From: Saccostrea echinata | Lineage: Eukaryota | DNA length: 64,000 nucleotides | NCBI RefSeq assembly: GCF_033153115.1 | Contig: NW_026889786.1 | Coordinates: 1,302,001 to 1,366,000 of the forward strand | Direction of reading: 5' to 3' | Part shown: positions 54,901 through 64,000 of the stretch, piece by piece | How positions within the stretch are numbered: position 1 is the first letter of the stretch | Layout of the letters: the number at the start of each line of letters is the position of its first letter | The notes under the pieces: generated by a model | The model's database searches: none | What the model saw: the letters and a program-made list of their open reading frames with translations, nothing else | What the model was told of the DNA's origin: nothing | Translations under genes and position numbers: made by a program

Positions 54901-57615
54901 GGAGGTGGAGATTTTCTCAGTGCCAAAATCGACCAGGGTATTCGCAACTGTAAGGTAAGGAAGATGAAAAATATGAATCTTCCATTTATATATGTAGCAC
55001 AAAGACATGAAATACTTGAGATTAATTTATTTTGTTTATTATGGTTTGTATGAATCTGTTACGAACCAAAAAGCAGTATAGTTATGGATTATATTTTAAG
55101 GATTTTGGTTACTTCATTTGAATTTCTATTGCTATGAGTTTTTAAAAGCAGAGAAGAATAACTAAGAGATTCAGTGCAGTAGTCTAGAGAGTGTGAGATA
55201 GTCGTAAGTATAGGATGTGGATAGTGTGGTGAGTGAGAGTTAAGAATTAAAAGAAAATGAATCAAAGGGAGATAACTTAGATGCATTCAGAGCAGTATAT
55301 TGGGTATTACATGTATAAGCCACCATCCAGAAACCATCCCTTCAGTATGTTTTACTGGTTGATTACCAGTATACAGTATTTGTTGTTGATATGCAGTGCA
55401 TATACATCATTAACATGTAATCAAAAGTTTTGAGCAAACAGCAGGTTAATCTCATACTGACTTTCAAAATTTACTGAATAGGAGTCATATGTTTTGCTGC
55501 TGTTGAACAAATTCTTATACAGGTTGTTTACGGTATACCCCATATGCAATTGTTACAGAATACACTTGTTATACTCGTAGGTGGTGCTTGCCTGTATAAC
55601 GCCAAAATATGTGGTATCCCACCATTGTAACCGAGAGCTGAGTCTGGCCGACCTGCTGAACAAAACCATTATCCCCATTATGTTTGAGGAGGTACCCTGG
55701 CCTCCCCCAGGAGGGATGTCCCTCATCTTCTCACAGCTTGTTTACATTAACATGAAAGGTAAAATTAAAGTTTAACCAATTACCCTAATACATGTATTAT
55801 GATGTATACAGAGCAAACATTGCAAATATTATTCTGTATTGCATTAGTTGCTTCTCTATAGAGTGTTAAGAATTCAGTTGATCCATTATTATATGTTTAC
55901 TGTACTAGATTCATGATTTATTCAAATTTGTTTTTCTTTTGATTTTTGGTAAGACATTGTAACTCGGCACATTTATATTTACTTATTATCTACTCTTTTC
56001 AAAAAGTGAAAGATCTTTGAATACTTTCAAAGTACAGATAAACTTTGTTATCTCGACATCGACAGGACCATCGGAAAATGTCGAGATATCCGAGGTGTCG
56101 AGATATCAGAGTTGAGACTTGAAGTCCAAGATTTCATTGCATAGCAAAACAGACAAGCTTATTATGTGTACATGACTTTAATATAGACTGTAGCGCAACA
56201 TATTTCAGAATTCCCTCTATTTTTATTAAAAATTTATTAAAAATCTAAGAAATTATTTTAAAAATCTTGTTTATATCGAAATCTTTCTAAATTCACAAAG
56301 TTTCAGCACAAAGTAACAGCATTGAGCTGCATTCGCGTGTAACTTCCCTTTTTGTCAGAACAGGATACGAAATGCGCTCTATAAACTTCGAACCGTATAA
56401 AGTCGACATCCGATATACGGGAAAAAAAAAATAAATGCGGATTATTTTTTTTATTTCAATAGGGAAAAAATGTACATCAAAATTATTTTTTTAAAGAGAT
56501 TTGTGTATCAAAACTAACGTAGTGATGTTGCAGATGCACGAATTACGGCTGATTCGGTCAATCGTGGATTGTTTCCTGTTGAATACATTTTAACTACAAA
56601 ATATCATTAAAACATTTTTTTTTTAAATTCCTTAGTTTGAATTATTCGGTGTGCTTGTTATTCATTGTAATTTAGTTATCTTTCAAATTTAAAAGCGATA
56701 TTAGGTTTCGATCTAAATAACCGTCTGTACATTTGTAAACGCAGAATCGTGTAGATTTAGCAATGATATTACCCAAGCTCAATTAACTTCTCAAAGACGC
56801 CGAAGGGGCTTGGAATTCACCTCCAAACACAGTCTATAGAATTAATTAAGCAGCGTGCAGTCAAAACATGGGTGTGAAAGGTCTGAAACTTTGACGACGT
56901 CGAGATACCCAGAGTCGTCCGTGCGTGACGAGCGACCCTATCTGACAGTTAGGTTCAGTAGAGCAGAAAATTGCCGATGTCGACATATACCAGGTAAATT
57001 TTGCTCTTGGGACTGTGAATATACGTCGAGATAACCCGGGTTGTCGACATTACCGAGGTCGACATATCAGAGTTTTTGCAAATCATTTATATAGTAAATA
57101 CTGCCGGGATCGCGGAAGGATGTCGACATATCCCAGGTTGTCGACATATCCGATGTCGAGATACCGAAGTTTACCTGTATTTTTGGCAGTCGTATGTAAT
57201 TTTGTGAACAATGCTACACTCTTTTTTAATTCTGTAAACAACAATTTACTATGTTACTACATACATTTTTGCAGGTGTTGGTGGGCATGGTGGCACTGGT
57301 ATCCATGCCGACCTGAAAGACAAATACAAGGAGATAGTCCAGAAACTGATGAATTACGTTGTTCCAGACCTGACAAAGTATTTTGACACTGAGACTCTGG
57401 TCAGTAAACAGTTTTCTAATGACAACAGTAGTATATATAGTGAGACCCACTCCTTACCAATAGTGACAGAATCTACGGTGAATTATCAAGGAATCCATGA
57501 GGCCCGACAGCATAATGTGATAAGACAGGATGAGGATTTTCTCCCCCCGCCCCCTCATTATCAGGCCAGGGAACAGGTGCCTGTTACCCAGTCTTGTGTT
57601 TGTATTATTTTATGA
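32931..57615 (+). CDS. Uncharacterised Roco-family protein: NHR - Roc - COR - Cys-rich - Death - TIR - CaaX; 22 coding exons, ~1273 aa
   Basis: Exons 32931-33399, 38103-38265, 43548-43699, 44187-44329, 44941-45146, 45667-45811, 46006-46080, 47807-47989, 48333-48449, 50275-50418, 50536-50742, 50994-51149, 51597-51726, 51832-51992, 52142-52228, 52450-52629, 52751-52823, 53612-53770, 54238-54411, 54776-54954, 55581-55758, 57275-57615 = 3822 nt, all GT-AG and in phase. NHR: FHSVHGKSV..FCHGIVFSDQPL..WSGGIRIGVT..LW..DLYG. Roc: RLMLVGQERVGKTS, TVGID, IWDFSGH..YYTTHQVFLS, VVGTH. COR: MGEQMPIRWLKFE, FYHDLGVLI, LQPHWL, LMEKFDL, YFVPS. Death: DWLALAKLMG..LLTDW..MNRDDV. TIR: FISYQWD..CWMDIGQMGGG..CNREL..IIPI. 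Confidence 0.88.
36496..36678. mobile_element. Tc1/pogo-type MITE
   Basis: tatctcgaac repeats, end gaggtttgactg|ta; related copy at ~47480-47646. Confidence 0.6.
39121..41998 (+). mobile_element. HINE with ~166-bp Cg170-type satellite array, containing a nested HINE (40048-41437) and a TA-flanked MITE (~41688-41863)
   Basis: Two heads (tttttagctcacctgagc at 39121 and 40048) and two tails (ctcaggtgagc..ggcccatgg.cctcttgtt ending 41437 and 41998). Confidence 0.85.
46347..46919. mobile_element. Kolobok-like MITE
   Basis: TIR aggggcctggacacag / ctgtgtccaggtccct; flanks ttga/tgaa (near TTAA). Confidence 0.65.
48894..50193 (+). mobile_element. Well-preserved HINE with ~5-6 units of the 166-bp Cg170-type satellite
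   Basis: Head tttttagctcacctgagctgaaagctcaagtgagc, gtcc microsatellite, period 166 (49185 to 49351), tail ctcaggtgagcgttgtggcccatgggcctcttgtt; inserted in a T-run. Confidence 0.9.
56035..57177. mobile_element. 1.1-kb Tc1/pogo-type non-autonomous element in the last Roco intron
   Basis: ta|cagataaactttgttatctcgacatcg..cgatgtcgagataccgaagtttacctg|ta; repeated gtcgacata motifs. Confidence 0.8.
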
Positions 57616-57749
57616 TGAAAAGTACCTGCATTACCATAAAAAATATTTTGTTTGAAACATTTGTATATACTCATAAACCATGCACATGTCTGGATGTACA
57701 CTAAAAACATCTGAAATATATGACATGTGTATTAAATTTAAAGACTTAA

Positions 57750-58676
57750 GGTATGTCACTCGTGAAATTTGTTATATCAAGGATTTTTTGAGAAGTATAT
57801 TTTGGATAAGTACTCATATAGTATGACTCAAAATCGCAGAAAAAATGGGGGGTCAGTGTGCATCTAACTGAGCCACGGTACAATTAAGTTGACCTTTTTG
57901 CACTTAAATTGTAACTCTTTGGTTAATCACTTTAACCGTTATCATATTTTATAAGATGTAACCATGGCAATAAACATAATCTTATTTTACGTAAAATAGT
58001 TTGAATAATATTTATCATTGAACAAATCATGCAAATTAATGCGCATAAATTATTGTGTGACCTTTTTGCACTAAAAAAGTCTCATATTTGGGGTATTAAA
58101 AATCTAAATAGGCAATAGAATATTTTCTTGTATCAAACTTTTTACGGCTTAAGTGCTGATCGGTCAAAAGTATCGAGTAGTTTAAAATAATGAAAGAAAA
58201 AGTTGGGGTCAGTGATGTAAATTTTGAAATATTGGTCAAAATATGCGATTTTCAGGCAAAAAACTGTGTAAATTTTATCTCGACTTCCTTAATATATCTT
58301 CATTTCTTGGCAATGTTTGTTGAGCGAAGGTGTAAATTTTGTTATAAAAATATAAATTGAGACCTATATTTAATATTCCAGGCATATCATAACGGAAAAT
58401 ATTCTTTGAGTAAAAGTATGTGAGGCTAAAGTTCCAAGATATTAAATTTAATAAATGTGTAGATTTGCAGAATTTTCTGCTAAATATCCTTCCGCCACAA
58501 GAAATAGTCCCTTATAAATCTTGCTTCTTTGTGAATTTTTGAGCATTTTTTTAATTGAATGTTGAACATTTTACATTGTTTAATTTAAATATGTTATAAA
58601 GATTGAATTGTAATAAATAGTTTTTAAGTAAGAGGTTCTGACTGAAATTTTCTAAAAGGCTGACGAGTGACATACC
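57750..58676. mobile_element. Kolobok-like MITE with TTAA TSD
   Basis: ttaa|ggtatgtcactcgt..acgagtgacatacc|ttaa (perfect 14-bp TIR). Confidence 0.85.
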
Positions 58677-61346
58677 TTAATTTTGTAATTTCATGACAGA
58701 CATCTCATACAATTATTTGTATCTGTCACAATAATTGGAGGCAAAATTTTTAAATATTTACATAATGTATATAGAGCCTATTTCCCTTGAAGCTCAATAT
58801 GTACATGTATATCAAATTACTGTAAACCAACAATTATTCAAGTGCAAGATATAATCACGAGTTTTGTGACCTTTTACTTGCAAATACTTGTCATCATGAG
58901 TCATTTATATACGTGTACATTTATTTGTATTTTTATGTAGAATATTTCTTCAATCACAAAAATAAATAGTCATGGACTGATTTCAAATTGAATAATCACA
59001 AATAATACTGGTAGTTGTTTTACAGTGCTGTAAAAGGTAATAGTTGATAAAGTATTTTCATGATTGCATGTCAATAACTTTGCAGTAGATTTCTGCATTT
59101 ATGAAAATATAAGAAATGAACATGATCATTTTAAAATATTTTTTTCATGAATTGCATAAACGTATCTGCTATTCACTTTAATGTTTTGTTGCACAACCTG
59201 CGTCAGGTATAAAACCAATAGAAGTATTGTTATCTGTGATATTGAAGTAAGGTACAGGCGTTTGTCAAGTTATTGTTAAATTACAAATTGTCTGTGTTAC
59301 TGTGTGTGTTTTCTAGATTGTTTTCATACATGTACGGTATATTGCACTTGTTGCACATGAAGAAATGTACCAGGTAATGGTATACAATAATTTGGTCAGT
59401 TTACTCATTTTCAGATATATATTTATACAGCGGGCATTTTATTTCATCACTTAAAATAAATTCTGATGATCAAATACTGATTTGTCATAACAAAAATTAA
59501 TTTTTATAGCAGATTTAAGTACATGTATATAGTTAATTATGCAATGACTTTTTTGTTGAATTTTTTTTACAGTGGAATTTGTTTACCCAGTGCTTGTTTT
59601 TGGCATGTTTTCACTGTATAACATTATTTTATTATTCAGATAAAGTACCACTTTCATCCCAGATGTTTATTCTTTGTACTTAACATTTCAGTCCCATTTT
59701 CTCATATTAGCTTAATGCTTTATTTAGATCTGAATATTTTGTTTTGTTTTGCATACACACTTTTAGAGATCTGATTTTTTTTAAAAAGGATTTTCATAGA
59801 TCTGCATTTTAACTCTTTATCATTACAATTCTGAATCTATAACTTGTATTTTTATGTAGTATTTAGTTGAGTTTGTTACATTGTGTTTGTTTTATATAAA
59901 AAGGTTATGGGCATTTTTTTTATTTCTTGGTATAAATCAGTGGGCAATTAGTTAAATTCTTTACATGATCCCTACAAATCAGTCACATGTTTTGTTTTAT
60001 TTCATCCTGCAGGGAAAAAATTGTAAATCATGGTGAAAATTTGATTTTATTACTTGTGTACAAAAAATAAAGCCAGAATGAAAAAAGGAAATGGCATAAT
60101 AAAGCTCAACAAAGCAATGAACTGTCTTCAAAGAAGCATCAAATCTCTTACAAATGTTTTATACTATACAACTCATGTTCAAGAGGTTGCAGCCAAAACT
60201 TTTATTTATTTTATTCACATAGGATTTTTGTTATTTATTTACGTGTTTAATCTTTTTGTGTTGAGTATTACATGTAAGTGTGCCTTTACAGAATCTGTCT
60301 GGAATTGAACTGAACATCTGAGATTATCTAATGCATCTTTTTTATATATTTATAATGCACAGACATAAAATCCACGTAGGCATCTTTAACTGAGCTGTAT
60401 TTATTCACATATGAAGACTTCTCATATTAAAGTTTTTTTGTTAACTTAATTTCAACCAAAACTGATCTTTTCACAACTAGTTTGGTTTCTGTGTTCTTCC
60501 TAGTAAAGTTTGAAGTTTATAAGGAATGTATGAGCCTCAGATATTAGGATCCATGAGTTTAAACCTCTTTTGATCATATGAGGAAAACAGTTTAACAGAT
60601 TTATAGCATTCACACATATAGTGGATACCTGCTTGAAACAAAGACATACATGTACTGTCATTAATATAACTTTTTCCAATGTACTGAAACTTTGATATAC
60701 ACATGTATAATTGCATTTAACTATACCCATAATCTTATAGGTGTTTATTATGTGAAGTGTTACTATGTTATCGTAACTGTTAAGATAAGCAATCTTCATA
60801 CAATTTCACAAGATATATCAACTAAATGTACCCCAGTAACATTTTCTTATGTTCGTAACTTTGTAAAGTCTGTCCAGCTGTGGTCAGCCAACCAAATCAT
60901 GGACATTTATTTTAAAAACTACAAGTGTTTTGTACACATGATTCCTGCAGATCACATGCCAAATACTCCCATCTTCTTTGTATTCTTATCTAGTAAAACA
61001 CAGTAATTTTTATTTTGTAGTTAAATTATCTTAAGAATTATTGCAAAAAAATAATTTTATCTGTACATGTAATTCAAAATAATCAAACTTATGGCATTTA
61101 ATATTGGAGGCTCATACATGTATATTCTTAATAAATCGGTATATTTTTTTCAGTATATTACTGTGGATCATGAACTGTCTCTGTCTTAGTAGTTATGAGT
61201 TTAATAAACGTTAATTGTTTGCGTCTTTCAACATTTTCTTAAACAATATTTACTTAAGAGCTGTACAGTATATCATGGATTAAAGAATTTATAATATTTT
61301 TAAGCAGTCATGTTATTTTCTTTGCCAAAAAAAGAAAAAAAAAAAA

Positions 61347-63634
61347 ACAAGAGGCCCAAGGGCCTAGAATCGCTCTTCTGAAAATTGTACAACCTATAAT
61401 CTCATCTGTTTTAGGCCTCTTGGTAACCTATATACATGTATAAGGATAAGGCCTTGAAATTCCAAAAGTAGGTTAGCATGGCAACAATTGACAAAGTTTA
61501 ATAATTCCAAGCCAATTAGTGTCTGAAATATTTAAATTTAGCCATGAAGTTGCAAAAGTAGGTCACAATGACCTACTTTTTGGTTGATACACTCCGCGGA
61601 TTCAAGATGCATCAACTGACAAAGTTTGATGATTTTAAGCCAATGAGTATAAGTAATAGCCGTCAAATTCCTGAAGTAGGTCACAGTGTCCTACTTTTTG
61701 GTTGACACACTCCAGGTACCCAAGATGCATCAACAGACAAAGTTTGATAAGTCCAAGCCAATTTGTACCTGGAATATTCAATTTAAGCCATGAAATTGCA
61801 AAAGTAGATCACAGTGACCTAAGCCAATAAGTAACTTAAATAGCCATCCAATTCCTAAAGTAGGTCACAGTGTTCTACTTTTTGGTTGACACACTCCAGG
61901 TACCCAAGATGCATCAACTGACAAAGATTGATAATTCCAAGCCAATTAGTGTCTGAAATATTTAAAGAGCTAGGTTCACTTTATGCATAAAATGGCCCTG
62001 TAGATATACCAATTTATTGACTAATACCCCGTGTACCATTTTCAACATTAATATAAAGTAGAGACTTAGTGCTTTCAGTTTATATAACAGAATTTCCTTT
62101 GGAGAGTCCAGGCATTGAAAAACAGGTTGTGTGAAATTGCAATGTTATTGAATTTTGCAGAAAACAGGTGTTTTTGAGAACCTTCAGCAAAGAATTAAAA
62201 TATGAGCACACCCCTCGATCCAAAAATTAAAATATGTTTTATAATCTTCATTAAAAGTTCTTCTATAATATATTTTCACATTTTGGATCGGAGGTTGTGC
62301 TGTATACGAAATATTGAAAAATGGCATCATATTTTGTCCATTTTTGAAGAAATATTCAGGATATGTGAATAATGACGCAATTCATGACGTCATAATGCAT
62401 TGACGAGAAAGAAAATTACGTCATTTTCAGTAGATATTCATTCACCAAGTGCTCAAGTATTATTTATTGCCTTGTTGACTAAAACTATACAATTTTAAAT
62501 TTTCGGAAATTCACAGGGCCAGAAAAGGCCCCAAGTGGCTCTTGCTCTTTAGTCATGAAATTGCAAAAGTAGGTTACGGTGACCTACTTTTGGTCAATAC
62601 ACTCTGAGGAGTCGAGATGCATCAACTGACTTAGTTTGATGATTCTAAGCCAATAAGTCTATGAAATATTTAAATTAAGTCATGAAATTGCAAAAGTAGG
62701 TCAAAGTGACCTACTTTTTGGTTGACACACTCCAAGGACTCAAGATGCTTCAACTGACTAAGTTTGATGATCTTATGCTTCAAATTGTCCAAAATATGCC
62801 CCTAAAACAATTTGAAAATTAATACCCGTTAAATTCCAAAAGTAGGTCACTGTGACCTACTTCTTGATAAATCTGTTTTAAGTCCCCTAGGTGCATCAAC
62901 TTACAAGGTTTGATGATTCTAAACCTCTTAGTATCTGAAATAATGACCTTTAATATTTAGAAAATGATAAGCCATAAAATTCAGAAAGTCATGCTTACCT
63001 ACTTTTTGGTTGACACACTTTAAGATCCCATGATGCGTAAACTGACAAGTTTTGATGATCATAGGCTTCAAAGTATCCAAGTTATGCATCAAAATCAAAA
63101 TGAAAATGAATACCTGCAAATTTAAAAAGTAGGTCACTGTGACTTACTTTTGAGTCAACATGATATGAGGTCCGAAGATGCATCAACTGACAAGATTTCA
63201 TGATCCTAGGCCTTATAGTGGGCAAAATATAAAAGATTAAACAAAACATAAATTTTGGTCAACTTTGAAGTGACCTTGAGACCACGCTCTTTGCTCCAAG
63301 CTGATTCTGCGTGCAAATTTTTATTTACAACATATCCTCACCCTTGTATATAAGTTTGGTGATAATCTGCCCAGTGGTTCTTGAGAAGAAAATTTTTTAG
63401 CAACCACTACTTTTGTTTTTTATTTCCCTAATTATCTTCCCTTGTTTAAGGGACACATCCCTAGTTTTAGTAAAAATCAAAGCCCTTTGGCCAAGGATAC
63501 TCTGACAAATTCGATAAAATTGACCAAGGGGTTCTTGAGATATGGCCCATTTTCCAAAAAGTTTACGCACACCGGACACGGCACAAATGGCCATAGCATT
63601 AGCTCTTTGAGCCTTTGGCTCAGAAGAGCTAAAA
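61347..63634 (-). mobile_element. HINE (reverse orientation) with ~120-bp repeats and a nested Kolobok-like MITE (61966-62548)
   Basis: aacaagaggcccaagggcc..ctcagaagagctaaaa termini; nested ttaa|agagc..gctct|ttag interrupts one repeat unit. Confidence 0.8.
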
Positions 63635-63644
63635 TATAAATTTA

Positions 63645-64000
63645 AAACTAGAAATTCCATAGGACATGAATGTCCGTCGAGGGTATATTAGTAATGCAAC
63701 ATGAAAATTTGTATTAATGTATGAAATTTGATGAGAATATCTTGAATAGTTTCTTAAAAATTGAAATTGAAATCTAAAAAGTTGGATATAGATGATAAAT
63801 TCTCACCAAATTATGTTTAAGTGCATAAGCTTACATAAATATATCTTAAATGGTTTCTTTAAAATTAAGCAAAATGCAAATTTAAGAAAAGTGAGATCAA
63901 GGTCACAGGAAAGTTCAAAGTCAAACATTTTTGATGCAGTTGAATAGTTCTCGCAAATATGTATCAGCATATTAAGTTTGATAAAAATATTTTGAATGGT
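63645..64000 (-). repeat. Dispersed repeat, also present at ~22560-22680 and ~43830-44075
   Basis: Shared motif caagatattttc..tacaaattttcatgttgcattactaat..cattcatgtcctatg (reverse complement here). Confidence 0.6.

Noticed and set aside
57015-57386. 123-aa ORF
   Set aside because: Mostly MITE terminal repeats running out of frame into the real last Roco exon.
60054-61006. Three 84-104 aa ORFs
   Set aside because: AT-rich, low-information translations with no splice-consistent exon chain or family motif; probably UTR or intergenic.

Overview
AT-rich, intron-containing eukaryotic DNA, most likely a bivalve and probably an oyster (Ostreidae), judged from the ~166-bp Cg170-type satellite inside Helentron-associated elements. 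Six protein-coding genes were reconstructed by hand from GT-AG boundaries with consistent phases. They form three head-to-head pairs: TRAPPC13 exon 1 (-) / COA7 (+); CFAP57 (-) / GADD45GIP1 (+); ALKBH7 (-) / a 22-exon, ~1273-aa gene (+). That last gene is the main find: Neuralized(NHR) - Roc GTPase - COR - Cys-rich segment - Death domain - TIR (putative catalytic Glu kept) - C-terminal CaaX (CIIL), with no LRR and no kinase. It looks like a membrane-anchored, GTPase-switched, MyD88-like Death-TIR signalling protein, and its G4 motif is non-canonical (THRN instead of THxD). Introns and intergenic DNA carry many non-autonomous transposons (hAT-, MULE-, Kolobok-, Tc1/pogo-like MITEs and Helentron-associated elements), including nested insertions. 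Family calls come from motif recognition, not database searches.
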